Below are positions 9,371 through 19,167 of a stretch of 64,000 bases of DNA, piece after piece; position 1 is the stretch's first letter, and every line of letters begins with the position of its first letter. Below the pieces are notes generated by a model that saw only the letters and a program-made list of their open reading frames with translations, was not told where the DNA came from and did not search any database. The stretch spans positions 112,660 to 176,659 of the forward strand of contig CAVVYO010000007.1 in the NCBI GenBank assembly GCA_963752515.1, given 5' to 3'. Source of the DNA: Candidatus Glassbacteria bacterium. Its GTDB lineage: Bacteria > Gemmatimonadota > Glassbacteria > GWA2-58-10. A program made the position numbers and the translations under genes.

Positions 9371-9520
9371 ACACCCCCCGGCGGCTGAGGCCGCCACCCC
9401 CCTCCAGGGGGGACTGTGTTTGCTCCGCCCGTGGATGTGGAGCAACTGGTTGGGTGTCCGGCTATGATTCCCCCCTGGAGGGGGGTGGCCCCGCTTGCAG
9501 CGGGGCCGGGGGGTGTCAGC
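9371..9520. repeat. Module B copy 1: ~150-bp palindromic element with terminal inverted repeats (T)TACACCCCCCGG ... CCGGGGGGTGTCA
   Basis: Internal hairpins GGCGGCTGAGGCCGCC, CCCCCCTCCAGGGGGG, GGCCCCGCTTGCAGCGGGGCC; copies at 16189 and 25884. Confidence 0.65.
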
Positions 9521-9552
9521 TTTTCCGGCCGCCTCAGCCGGCCCAGAGCTGG

Positions 9553-9586
9553 CCGCAGGGGCGTCCGGCCGGACGCCCCTACAGCC
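9553..9586. repeat. Module E: perfect palindrome GGGGCGTCCGGCCGGACGCCCCTAC
   Basis: Second copy at 29281-29308; partial at 16145-16165; related hairpin in NYN 5' UTR (5190-5212). Confidence 0.55.
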
Positions 9587-9639
9587 GTTTCCCGAGCTAT
9601 CTGGTTCGAATTACTTAACTTGCGGATGGGTAAGCGCAT

Positions 9640-9880
9640 TGTCTTGGGGAGCGTGGCGGAGTGGTCTTGCGGGCCGTGGCTGGAGGCAAGGGATAGCGGA
9701 GCCGTTGCCGCATAATTTCCATCGTGGCTACTGCTACGAAGCGAGAGAGCCCGGCAGGCCATCGCGTTGCAGCGCCAGGGATGGCGCGAAACGCGGCGAC
9801 CTCAAAAGGAGCGATTTACCTCCCGCAGGCACACCGCTGCCAATTGAAGAGCTGATTGATCCTTCAGCTTCGCGGCCTTG
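9640..9880. repeat. Module D copy 1: ~240-bp conserved non-coding element (candidate structured RNA or transposon end)
   Basis: About 85 percent identical by eye to reverse complement of 28925-29172, e.g. GGCAGGCCATCGCGTTGCAGCGCCAGGGATGGCGCGAAACGCGGCGACC in both; differences include indels not in multiples of three. Confidence 0.6.
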
Positions 9881-10018
9881 GCTTCACAAGACTCTTGCTA
9901 CTTCTGGTCACAGAAGTAGAAAAATCCGAAGGATTTACGGGATTAACAGAGAGTTGGAGATTGCCCTCCAGCCCTTTTTGGTCACAAAAAGAAGAACAGC
10001 CGTCAGGCTTCAGAAATT
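9866..10018. repeat. Module C long copy: hairpin TACTTCTGGTCACAGAAGTA, hairpin AAATCCGAAGGATTT, then GGTCACAAAAAGAAGAACAGCCGTCAGGCTTCAG
   Basis: Homologous to 16395-16535 and, reverse-complemented, to the tandem pair at 28745-28925. Confidence 0.65.
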
Positions 10019-10044
10019 GCCAAGCGATCCGCAGCCTCCGCCCC

Positions 10045-10344
10045 CTACTCCTCTTCCGCCCCCTCCAGCCAGTGCTGCAGCACCTCCACCAGCTTCCGGG
10101 CCTGGTCCGGGCTGGAGATGTTGAACTTGGACTGCTGGCGGTACTCCTCCCGGATCTTGCGGTAACGGCGGATGGTGTACATGTCCTTGCCGTACTCCTG
10201 CTTGCTGTTGTTCCACTGCTGGTAACGGAAGATCACGGTCGCCCAAGCGCCCTTGGTGAGGATCTCCTTGTCCAGCTCCTTGATCAGCTGGACCCCATCC
10301 TCCTCGTAATTGATCGTCAGGTCTTCCACATGGTCCGACATCAC
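10045..10344 (-). CDS. Small hypothetical protein (99 aa, K/E-rich), likely co-transcribed with upstream GH43-like gene
   Basis: AGGAGG 5 nt upstream of ATG 10344; non-repetitive diverse composition; lower GC codons. Confidence 0.5.
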   Translation of the reverse strand: MMSDHVEDLTINYEEDGVQLIKELDKEILTKGAWATVIFRYQQWNNSKQEYGKDMYTIRRYRKIREEYRQQSKFNISSPDQARKLVEVLQHWLEGAEEE

Positions 10345-10384
10345 CCCTCCTGTCTGTTTTTCTTTTCTATGGTTGTCCGGACCA

Positions 10385-11368
10385 TCAACGGCCGGTGTCG
10401 CCCGCCCCGAGCAGGGCTCGCAGCACCGGACGTGGGGCGCGGAACACGGTCCCGTGGCGCGCTCCGGGCGGGAAGCTCACCCGGTCGGAGCGGTCCTCCC
10501 AGTGCTCCAGGTCATCCGAGACCGCCGCGCCGTAACGGCCCTCCTGGTAACAGTCGTAATAGAGGTGCCAGCGGCCGCCGATCCGGATCACGGTCGGGCC
10601 CTCGGCCCAGCAGTCGCCGGTGATCGGCTCCGAGGCCGGCCCGAAGATCCCATCCGGCGCGGCGCCGAACGCCACCCGGATGTTCTTCTGCGGCGGTGTC
10701 AGGCGCTCATCCTTGAAGAACAGCGCCAGCCGGTCCGCGCTCACCCGCACCAGCGTCCCATCGATGCAGTTGAAGCCGGGATCGTAGAACAGCGCGGAGG
10801 GGGTGAGCATCCGGAAATCGCGGGTGGCGGTGAAAAAGAGACGGTGGTTGTAGCCTTCCTCGCTGGCGGTGCTGTCCGGGCAACTGCCCGTGACCGTGCT
10901 GGACCAGTAGAGGTAGAACAGCCCGCGCTCCTGGTCCAGGAACAGTTCCGGGGCCCAGCAGTTGCGGGCCTGGGGCTCGTGCATCATCACCGGCAGCTCG
11001 TGCTGGGCGCTCCAGTGCGCCAGGTCGGTCGAGCTGGCATAGCCGATCGCCCGGTCCTGCCCGGAGGTGGTCCAGACCAGGTGGAACGTCCCATCCGGCC
11101 CGGGCAGGATGCAGGGATCGCGCATCAGGCGCTCATTGCCGACCGTCGGGCGCAGGAACGGACCGCCCGGGACTTCCTCCCAGGCCAGGCCATCCTCGCT
11201 CCAGGCCAGGAACAGCCCCTCCTCGCCATTACCTCGAAAGAACGCGAACATCAGCACGCTGTCGGCGGGCGCAGCGGCTGCGGGGACAGAGCCGCCGCCT
11301 CCGCCGCAGCCGGCCGCAATCGCGATCAGCAGGCCGAGGGCCAGGACCGCCTGGTTCAGGTACCGCAT
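10385..11368 (-). CDS. GH43-superfamily five-bladed beta-propeller glycoside hydrolase, lipoprotein
   Basis: Lipobox LLIAIAAGC after MRYLNQAV; catalytic-base-like RDPCI, WAPELF, catalytic-acid-like EGP motif (GDCWAEGPTV); start chosen at ATG 11366-11368 within longer ORF. Confidence 0.7.
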   Translation of the reverse strand: MRYLNQAVLALGLLIAIAAGCGGGGGSVPAAAAPADSVLMFAFFRGNGEEGLFLAWSEDGLAWEEVPGGPFLRPTVGNERLMRDPCILPGPDGTFHLVWTTSGQDRAIGYASSTDLAHWSAQHELPVMMHEPQARNCWAPELFLDQERGLFYLYWSSTVTGSCPDSTASEEGYNHRLFFTATRDFRMLTPSALFYDPGFNCIDGTLVRVSADRLALFFKDERLTPPQKNIRVAFGAAPDGIFGPASEPITGDCWAEGPTVIRIGGRWHLYYDCYQEGRYGAAVSDDLEHWEDRSDRVSFPPGARHGTVFRAPRPVLRALLGAGDTGR

Positions 11369-11385
11369 CCGCCAACTCTCCGTGT

Positions 11386-11811
11386 TCAGTCCCGCGCCTG
11401 GTAGTCCACCACCAGCACCTGGTCCAGGTGCGGCATCAGCGCCTGGGCGAACTGCCGGTGCGCCGGGTGGGGCAGGTAGTTGTCCCGGGCGGCCGCATTG
11501 TCGAACGAGACCAGGAAGCAGTGGGTGTATCCCTGGGCGAGGTTTTCGACACTGACATTGGTGCCCCACTCGAAGTCGCGGATCAGCTCGATGCGCTCGC
11601 GCAGGGCGCGGAAGTCCTGCTCGATCCGGCGGACAGTGTCGGCCGGAGTGCCCGCCTTGAAGCGCAGCAGCACGACATGGCGCAGCGGCTGCCCCTGCTC
11701 GACACTAGCGGGGACCGCCGCGGGCACGGCTTGCGGCGCGGGGGTTTCCGATCCGCAGGAGGCGGAAAGCGCCGCCGCCAGGCCCAGGCTGACCAGGCTC
11801 ATCTTGAGCAT
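11386..11811 (-). CDS. Dabb-family stress-responsive dimeric alpha/beta-barrel protein, lipoprotein
   Basis: Signal/lipobox MLKMSLVSLGLAAALSASC; Dabb pattern HVVLLRFKAGTP...; start ATG 11809-11811. Confidence 0.65.
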   Translation of the reverse strand: MLKMSLVSLGLAAALSASCGSETPAPQAVPAAVPASVEQGQPLRHVVLLRFKAGTPADTVRRIEQDFRALRERIELIRDFEWGTNVSVENLAQGYTHCFLVSFDNAAARDNYLPHPAHRQFAQALMPHLDQVLVVDYQARD

Positions 11812-12175
11812 TGAACTTCCTCCGGGATGATGGAGCGGATTCGAGCCGGGGCGCGCGTGTCCCGGGCGCAACAGGCGGTCAGGGGGGAGCAGGTCGCGGC
11901 TCCCGCGGGACAACAGAAAGCGGGCGATGAACCCGGCCGTCGCGGCGGCCGATGCCCATCCTGCCCGCCAGGTTATTTAAGCAGGCCCGGTCCTGCTGTC
12001 AAGTGGGTTCATGCGGGAGGGAAAATTGTTTTGCTTCCATCGGCAAGGAGTTATATAGTTCAAGCCACCGGCGGCGACAGCGCCGGACAGCCTCCCCGAG
12101 CATGTTCGCAGCGCCGCGCGGTCCCTGTCCCAGCTGGGCGGAACCGCGCTCACCCGACCGCAAGGAGACCGAGGG

Positions 12176-14631
12176 ATGCGCACTCACAGGTTCGAGCGGC
12201 TTTTCGCCGCGGCCCTGCTGGTTTCGGCCGCCACCCTGGCCCTGTCCGGCTGCCGTGGGCCGGAGCCGCGCCGGGCCGGACGACCCGGCCGCGGCATGGG
12301 AGGTGATTGGTCCGGGCGGCGGCGGCTCCACTTTCAACCCGACCTACAACCCCCGGGACCCGCAGAAAATCATCATCCGCTGCGACATGACCGGGACCTA
12401 TGTCACGGTCGATGGCGGCCAGTCCTGGCGGATGCACAATTTCCCGGGCGGGATGCGCACTTTCGCCTGGGACCCCTCCCGCCCGGCGGTGGTTTATGCC
12501 GGCGGGGATGGCCTCTACCGCTCCCGCGATGACGGCCGGAACTGGGAGCTGGTGTTCCCCGCTCCGGACCGGGTCACCGCCACCCGTTACCTGGGCGATC
12601 ATGCCGACTTCGCGATCCTCTCCGCGGACAATTTCCCGGAAGGGGCCTCGGTCACCGCGATCGGAGTCGACCCCCAGGACCCGCGAAGGCTGCTGGTGGG
12701 GCTGACCCGCAGCTCCGGCGGCGGGCCTGGCGCGGGGCTGTTCCTGTCGGAGGATGAGGGCGCGAGCTGGCGCGAGGTGGCCTCGCCGGCCCAGCCGGTG
12801 CTGGCGATTGCCGCCGATCCCCGGCCGGATGGCGAGCTGCTGGTGTTCACCCCGCGCGAGCTGAAGGTTTTCGACCGCTCCGATGGCTCCCTTGCCGACC
12901 GCCCCTTGCCGGAGGGTGTCGAGCGGCTGCAGTCGGTTTCCTGCGGCACGGATGCGGCCGGGAAAGTGTTCCGGGTCTACGCCCTGGCGCCGGTGGGCTG
13001 GGATGGCAAGCGGCACACCGGCGGGCTGTTTATCTCCGATGACGGCGGCCAGAGCTGGCGGCAGGCCACCGCCGGCCTGACCGAGGGCCTCGCGCCCGGG
13101 TCGGGACGATGGGGGGCTGACCCTGGACAACATCGCCTGCGCCGCGCTGGAGAGCGAGGTCGCCTACCTGGTCTGCAGCCGGTTCGATGCCGTGAACCCG
13201 CGGGGGGAGGTCGGCCACTGGTACGGGATCCTCAAGACCGAGGATGCCGGCGCGAGCTGGCGCTGGGTCTACCGCGCCGGGGGCGGCTCTCCCGACTACA
13301 CCATCCGCGATGGCTGGGAGGCCGAGAACCTGCAGGACTCCTGGGTCCGGCAGGCGTTCGCCGGGGAATTCATCCTGGCCCTCACCGCCGGGGTCTACCC
13401 CGCCGATGGCGACATCGCCAGCTTTACCGACTGGTACCGCACGATGCAGACCACCGATGGCGGGGCGACCTGGCGGGAGGTCTACAGCCGCCCCAACCCG
13501 GACAGCACGGTCACCAGCCGCGGGATGGATGTCACCACCTGCTATGGGGTCCATTTCGACCCGTTCGATCCGCAGCACCTGGCGGTGAGCTACACCGACA
13601 TCGGCTACTTCCACTCGTTCGATGGCGGCAAGTCGTGGCTGCGGTCGGTGGAGGGGCTGCCATCGGCCTGGGACAATACCTGCTACTGGATGCAGTTCGA
13701 TCCGGAGGTGGAGGGACGGCTCTGGTCGGTGTGGTCCTCCTGGCACGACATCCCGCGGCTGAAGATGGTGCGCAGCCCGCGCTGGCGGGAGTTCGCGGTG
13801 GGCGGAGTCGGTGTCTCGGACGATGGCGGCCGGACGTGGCGGGTCTCCAGCGATGGGTTGCCGGAGAACGCTCCCACCACCAGCATCGTGCTCGACCCCG
13901 ACACCCCGGCCGGCAACCGCACTCTCTATGTGACGGTCTTCGGCCAGGGCGTGTTCCGCTCCACCGATGACGGCCGCAGCTGGGAGCTCAAGAACCGTGG
14001 GCTGGGCGATCAACCGGCGGCCTGGGAGCTGAGCCTGGCCCGGGATGGCAACCTCTACCTGGTGGTGACCCAGATCATCGACCACCCGGACCCCCAAAAT
14101 CCGCAACTGCTGGATGGCGCGCTCTACCGCTCGGGCGACCGCGGCGAGACCTGGGTGCGGTTGCCCCTGCCCGCCGGCGTGCGTTTCCCGAACTCCCTGA
14201 CTGTCGATCCGGACCAGCCCCAGCGTCTCTATCTTTCCTGCTGGGCCAGCCTGCGCCAGGGGGACTATACCCGGGAGGGCGAGCCGGGCGGGCTGGCGGA
14301 GGCCGCGGGCGGGGCCTGGCTCTCGGAGGATGGCGGCGCCACCTGGCGGAACATCTTCGACCCCGCGGTCTATGTCTACGGCCTGACAGTCGACAGCCGT
14401 CACCCGGGAAGGCTCTACCTCAACACCTTCCAGAACGCCGCCTGGCGCAGCGATGACCGGGGCGAGAGCTGGGGCCGGATCGCCGGCTATGATTTCGAGT
14501 GGGGCCACCGCGTGGTGCTCGATCCCCACGACCCGGAGCAGGTCTATCTCACCACGTTCGGCGGCAGCGTGTTCCACGGCCGCCCGAATCTGCGCCGGGG
14601 AGGCGTCCGCCACCGCTCCGGAGGCGGCCAA
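12176..14631 (+). pseudogene. BNR/Asp-box repeat beta-propeller lipoprotein (GH74/sialidase-like fold) with at least two frameshifts and no in-frame stop before the next gene
   Basis: AAGGAG RBS plus lipoprotein signal MRTHRFERLFAAALLVSAATLALSGC in frame 2; protein-like translation shifts to frame 0 near 12255-12290 (..AAAWEVIGPGGGGSTFNP..DGGQSW) and to frame 1 near 13095-13105 (..LTLDNIACAALESEV..); many S/T-x-D-x-G-x-x-W repeats. Confidence 0.55.
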
Positions 14632-15984
14632 ATGAGCGCTATAAAAATTATGATACTGCTGTTCCTGGCGCTGGCCGGGCTGCCTGACATCGCTCCGGCC
14701 CTTTCCCCGGACCCGGTCCGCCGGGCGGTGGAACAGGAGTACCTGCAGCGCGCGGCGGAGGGAGCGGAGAAGTACCGCCAAGGCCCGGCCGAGCTGGTGC
14801 TGAAGGATCGCGCGGGCCATCCGCTGGCCGGGGCCACTGTCCGGGTGGAGCAGTTGCGGCACGAGTTCCTGTTCGGCAGCATCATTTTCGACCAACTGCG
14901 GGGCCAGGGCGACCCCTCCCGCGAGCAGGCCTACAAGGCGGCTTTCGCGAAGATTTTCAATTTCGCGGTCTTCCCGTTCTACTGGAAAGGCTATGAGCCG
15001 GAGGAGGGCCGGCCGCAGTGGGAGGCGATGACCCCGCTGCTCGAGTGGTGCCGCTCCCGGGGGATCACCACCAAGGGCCATCCGCTGGTCTGGACCGCCC
15101 CCTCGGGTTGGCCGGACTGGCTGGACCGTTACCCGCCGCAGGAGACGGTCGAGCTGCTCCAGCGACGGGTGACCGCGGTCACCGCCGGCTTCCGGGACCG
15201 GATCGAGATCTGGGATGTCTACAACGAGCCGGTCAACACCACGGCCTGGGGCTACCAGGGGCGCGAGTTCTGGGTGGATGACCGCCCGCTGGAGGAGTCC
15301 TCGCCGCTGGTGGAGCAGGCCTTTCATTGGGCCGAGCGCGGCAACCCCTCGGCGCACCTGATCCTCAACGAGTTCTACACCATCACCAAGCCCAACACCC
15401 GCGAGCGCTTCCACGCCCTGGTCAAGGGTCTGCTGGAAAAGGGAACGCCGATCCGCGGGCTGGGAATCCAGGGCCATGAGCCGCGCCAGTACTGGTATGA
15501 CCCGCGGGAGGTCTGGGCGGATTTCGACCGGCTGGGGGAGTTCGGGCTGCCGCTGCACCTGACCGAGGTGACTTTCACCTCTTCCGGCGACACCCTGCGC
15601 GGCTGGCGCGCCGGCGAGGGGGTCTGGGATGAACAGACCCAGGCCGAGTGCATCGAGCATTTCCTGCGGCTGGCGTTCGGACACCCCGCGGTGGCCTCGT
15701 TCAATTTCTGGGGCTTTTCCGACCGGGCGGTCTGGCTGAAAAAGGGCGGGCTGGTGGATGAGAACTACCGTCCCAAGCCCGCCTATGAGCGGGTGGACAG
15801 CCTGGTCAACCGCGAGTGGCACACCAGCCTGGCGGGCCGCACCGATGGGCAGGGCAAGCTTTCCTTCCGCGGCTTCCACGGCGACTACCGGGTGGAGGTC
15901 ACCACCGCCGATGGCCGGGTGCGCCGCTGGGAGCTGCCCCTGCGCAGCGACCGGGAAAACCGCTGGGTGCTGCTGGTGAAATGA
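14632..15984 (+). CDS. GH10 family glycoside hydrolase (beta-1,4-xylanase-like) with signal peptide
   Basis: GGAGG 7 nt upstream of ATG 14632; signal MSAIKIMILLFLALAGLP; GH10 acid/base motif WDVYNEP and nucleophile region LHLTEVTF. Confidence 0.8.
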   Translation: MSAIKIMILLFLALAGLPDIAPALSPDPVRRAVEQEYLQRAAEGAEKYRQGPAELVLKDRAGHPLAGATVRVEQLRHEFLFGSIIFDQLRGQGDPSREQAYKAAFAKIFNFAVFPFYWKGYEPEEGRPQWEAMTPLLEWCRSRGITTKGHPLVWTAPSGWPDWLDRYPPQETVELLQRRVTAVTAGFRDRIEIWDVYNEPVNTTAWGYQGREFWVDDRPLEESSPLVEQAFHWAERGNPSAHLILNEFYTITKPNTRERFHALVKGLLEKGTPIRGLGIQGHEPRQYWYDPREVWADFDRLGEFGLPLHLTEVTFTSSGDTLRGWRAGEGVWDEQTQAECIEHFLRLAFGHPAVASFNFWGFSDRAVWLKKGGLVDENYRPKPAYERVDSLVNREWHTSLAGRTDGQGKLSFRGFHGDYRVEVTTADGRVRRWELPLRSDRENRWVLLVK

Positions 15985-15987
15985 TCA

Positions 15988-16105
15988 TTCCGGGAGAGGG
16001 AGGAAAACCTTTTGGAAAAGGTTTTCCTCCCTCTCCCCGGACCTCTCTCTCTCTTTTCCCAAACTTCTTCGCAAGTTTCACGCGGGAGAACCGGCAACTG
16101 GCTGG
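15988..16105 (+). terminator. Module A copy acting as terminator-like hairpin for GH10 gene (hairpin GGGAGAGGGAGGAAAACC..GGTTTTCCTCCCTCTCCC then CTCTCTCTCTTTTCCCAAAC)
   Basis: Starts 4 nt after GH10 stop; stem carries compensatory substitutions relative to other copies; U-rich tract follows on the + strand. Confidence 0.6.
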
Positions 16106-16188
16106 AAGTGGGTCGAATTTGTTCGCCACCAACCAGGAGCGTAGCGACCCGGCCGGACGCCCCGGCTGATGAGGCGGTGCCCGGGCAT

Positions 16189-16337
16189 GACACCCCCCGG
16201 CAGCTGAAGCTGCCACCCCCCTCCAGGGGGGAGTAACAACGCTACACCCAACCGGTTGCGGCAACTCGACAGGTGCAGCCGGCACGGTCCCCCCTGGAGG
16301 GGGGTGGCCCCGCGGCAAGCGGGGCCGGGGGTGTAAG
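16189..16337. repeat. Module B copy 2, flanked by direct repeat GCCCGGGCAT (16179-16188 and 16338-16347)
   Basis: TIRs TGACACCCCCCGG / CCGGGGGTGTAA; same internal hairpins as copy 1; flanking 9-10 bp direct repeat resembles a target-site duplication. Confidence 0.65.
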
Positions 16338-16364
16338 GCCCGGGCATCGCACCAGCGGACGGGA

Positions 16365-16535
16365 GGCGGCATGCGAGTTTTGCGCCGCAAAAACTTTTGG
16401 TCCTTCTGGTCACAGCAGGAGAAAAATCCGCAGGATTTAGGGGATAAAGAACAAGCTGAAGATTTCCCTCCAGCCCTTTTGGGTCACAAAAAGAAGAACA
16501 GCCTGTCAGGCTTCAGGGATTTTCAAGATAGCTGG
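16365..16535. repeat. Module C copy (reverse orientation relative to 9866-10018)
   Basis: GGCGGCATGCGAGTTTTGCGCCGC, CCTTCTGGTCACAGCAGGAG, AAATCCGCAGGATTT, GGGTCACAAAAAGAAGAACAGCCTGTCAGGCTTCAG. Confidence 0.6.
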
Positions 16536-16726
16536 GGCTCCCGCCCCGCCGTGGCTTCCCCGAATGTCCGGATGAGCCTTAATACAGGGGATTGTGTTTT
16601 TTCTGCATTTTCAACACTTATGTAACTGAGTGCTGTGCATCGTCCGACAGGATGCAGAAATGCAAGGGGCCGCATCCTGTTCGAGGTGCGGCCCCTCTTA
16701 GTTTCATTCCAGTATGCCGCTTGGCC

Positions 16727-17533
16727 TCAGCTCCAGCCGTAGGCCTCGTGCAGCGCCCGGGCGGTGGGGATCACCCGCACGGTCTCGATCTTCATCAGCC
16801 GCTCCAGCAGCCTTTCCAGGTAGGCCGCGCCGATCGGGCCCCAGCCCTCCTCATCCAGCCCGTGAGTGTTGTAGACCATCCAGCCGCTGGGACGAGCCAG
16901 CAACTGCTCGATGTTCTCATCGATCGAGGCCTCGCCATTGCCCGGGCCGAATCCTCCGGTGCCGATCTTGGTCATCCCGACATGGGGCAGGGGATTGAGC
17001 ATCTCCCCATGGCAACGGTAGGCCAGCACCTGCGAGGGCAGCCAGGCCTCAATCTCCGGGGTGGCGTCATTGTAGGGGAAATTGAACACCGCCCGGCTGG
17101 CCTGGAAGCCTTTCAGCTCGGCCTCGAAGATGCGCAGGCACTCGGTGATCAGCCCCTGGGCCTCCGCGTGGGGCAGGCGGTCCAGGTGCTCGTGGTGGTG
17201 GCCATGCGGCATCACCTCGTGGCCCCGGGCCTGGAGCTCGTTCCAGAGGACAAAATCCCCGAGCTGGCCGGGGTCGACGTAGTCATCGACCAGCGGGCTC
17301 TCGGGCCGGTTGCCGGCGGCGGTGACATTGAAGCAGGCCGACAACCCGAACTTCTCGTAGATCTCGGCCGTGCGGAGGAACGACTTGCGGAAGCCGTCAT
17401 CGAAGCTCAGGGTGACCAGGTGCGGTTTCGGCACAGCTTTCTCCGAGCAGGCCTGGGTGAGGCCGGCGGCCGCGACGCAACAGGGAAACAGGCCGGCGGT
17501 CTTGATGAATTCGCGACGAGTGGGCATCATCAT
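16727..17533 (-). CDS. Polysaccharide deacetylase (CE4, NodB homology domain) with Tat-like signal
   Basis: RREFIKTAG signal; NodB motif TLSFDDG; His-rich HGHHHEH; hairpin GGGGCCGCACCTCGAACAGGATGCGGCCCC just downstream. Confidence 0.8.
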   Translation of the reverse strand: MMMPTRREFIKTAGLFPCCVAAAGLTQACSEKAVPKPHLVTLSFDDGFRKSFLRTAEIYEKFGLSACFNVTAAGNRPESPLVDDYVDPGQLGDFVLWNELQARGHEVMPHGHHHEHLDRLPHAEAQGLITECLRIFEAELKGFQASRAVFNFPYNDATPEIEAWLPSQVLAYRCHGEMLNPLPHVGMTKIGTGGFGPGNGEASIDENIEQLLARPSGWMVYNTHGLDEEGWGPIGAAYLERLLERLMKIETVRVIPTARALHEAYGWS

Positions 17534-17548
17534 CTCCTGCGGTTGGAG

Positions 17549-19005
17549 TCACCGTTTCAGTCCCGGCCCGCGGGCATCTTCGGTGGCCGGGGCTTGCCGC
17601 CCGGACCGGGGCAGCCACATTTTCTCGATCTCCTCCAGCGACTTCTCCTTGGTCTCGGGCACGAACAGGATCACGAACAGCACGGTCACCGCGCACATCA
17701 CGGCATAGAGCCAGAACGGGAAGCCGTGGTGGAAGTGTTCCACCAGCCAGGGGTCCTCGTTGAGCATCGGGAAGCTCTGGGAGACCACGAAATTGGCCCC
17801 CCACAGGCAGAACGTGGCCAGCGCCATCGCCCGGCCGCGGATGATGGTCGGGAAAATCTCCGAGAGCACCACCCACGCCACCGGGCCCAGCGACAGGGCG
17901 AAGCAGGCGATGTAGCCCAGGGCGAACGGCAGCACCCACAACGCGGCCTCGCCCAGGTAGGCCGAGATCCCCAGGGCGGTCAGGCAGATTCCCATCCCCG
18001 CCGCGCCCCAGATCATCAGCGGGCGGCGGCCCAGGCGGTCCACCGTCGTAAAGGGCGAAGACCGTGAAGCCCAGGTTGACCACTCCGATCGCGATGGTCT
18101 GCAGCAGGGCGGTATCGGTGCCGGAGCCCAGGCCCTTGAAAATCTCCGGGGCATAGTACATGAAGACGTTGATCCCGGTCACCTGTTGCAGGATCGCCAG
18201 CACCACTCCGATCACCAGCACGATCCGCATCCCGGGATGAAAGAGCTGGGCGAGCGAGCCGCTCTCGTGCGACAGGGCCTCGCGGATCTCGCCCAGCTCC
18301 CGCCGGGCCTGGACTGTGCCGCCGGCGCGCTCCAGGATCGCCAGGGCCTCGTCCTCCCGCCCGCGGGCGCAGAGCCAGCGCGGGGACTCGGGGACAAAGA
18401 ACAGCAGCACCAGCAGCACCAGCGCCGGCAGGGCCTCCGAGCCGAACATCCAGCGCCAGCCCACCGCGACATTCCATTCCAGGCCGCCCAGCCCGGCGAT
18501 GAAGTAGTTGACGAAGTAGACCAGCAGGATTCCGATCACGATCGCGAACTGGTTGATGGTCACCATCCGGCCGCGCACCGGGGCCGGGCTGATCTCGGCG
18601 ATGTACATCGGCGACGGTCATCGAGGCCGCGCCGACCCCGATCCCGCCGATGATCCGGTAGATCACGAACCAGAAGATGTCCGGCGGCAGGGCGGTGCCG
18701 ACCGCCGAAATCAGGTAGAACACCGCCGCCAGCAGCAGCACTTTCTTGCGGCCCAGCCGGTCGCTCAGCACCCCGGCCCCGGCCACTCCCAGCATGCAGC
18801 CGACCAGGGCCGAGCTGGCCGCCCAGCCCACCCAGGCCGGGGAAAGCGCGAACCGCTGCTGCAGGAAGCCGATCGCCCCCGAGATCACCGCCGTGTCATA
18901 GCCGAACAGCAGCCCGCCCAGGGCCGCCACGATGCTCACCCCGGCCACATAGGCCAGGCTGCCCTCCCGCGCCCCGCCCGCTTGCCGCTGCCGCCGCTCT
19001 TCCAT
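17549..19005 (-). pseudogene. MFS sugar porter (XylE/GalP-like) interrupted by two apparent frameshifts
   Basis: Three consecutive minus-strand ORFs in different frames each translate to sugar-porter segments (GYDTAVISGAI, PMYIAEISPAPVRGRMVTINQF, PESPRWL, VLSEIFPTIIRGRAMALATF, PETKEKSLEEIEKMW); junctions near 18600 and 18060-18154. Confidence 0.6.
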
Positions 19006-19055
19006 CCGCTCGCTCCTCCATGATGGTTGTCGCCTCGCACCTGTTCTGCCGACTG

Positions 19056-19136
19056 ATCCGGGGGAGGGGAGAAATCCCGTTGGTCGGGATTTCCTCCCTC
19101 CCCCCGGACCCTCCTTCCTCTTTCCCAAACTTTTTA
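19056..19136. repeat. Module A copy (GGGGGAGGGGAGAAATCCC..GGGATTTCCTCCCTCCCCCC plus CCTCCTTCCTCTTTCCCAAACTTTTT)
   Basis: Palindrome with compensatory changes; conserved flank. Confidence 0.65.
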
Positions 19137-19167
19137 TCTATTAAATTCTTATGTAAATATGTCAGGA

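Noticed and set aside
9590-9625. tRNA-like T-loop match GGTTCGAAT
   Set aside because: No flanking T-stem, acceptor stem or anticodon arm could be folded by eye, so the match is probably chance or a tRNA fragment.
9277-10124. ORFs of 99-209 aa inside the 8.9-10.0 kb repeat region (and 28561-29177 counterparts) sharing peptides such as CSARDGAKRGD and TLATSGHRSRKIRRIYGI
   Set aside because: The shared peptide similarity simply mirrors the DNA repeat. Length differences between the two copies are not multiples of three, there are no RBSs, and the sequences are dominated by palindromes.
13030-15879. 949-aa ORF on minus strand
   Set aside because: Lies entirely antisense to the BNR and GH10 genes. 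The translation is low-complexity Ala/Gly/Arg/Pro-rich with no domain signatures, as is typical of spurious antisense ORFs in GC-rich DNA.
16592-18067. 491-aa ORF on + strand
   Set aside because: Antisense to the CE4 deacetylase and MFS porter; no motifs.
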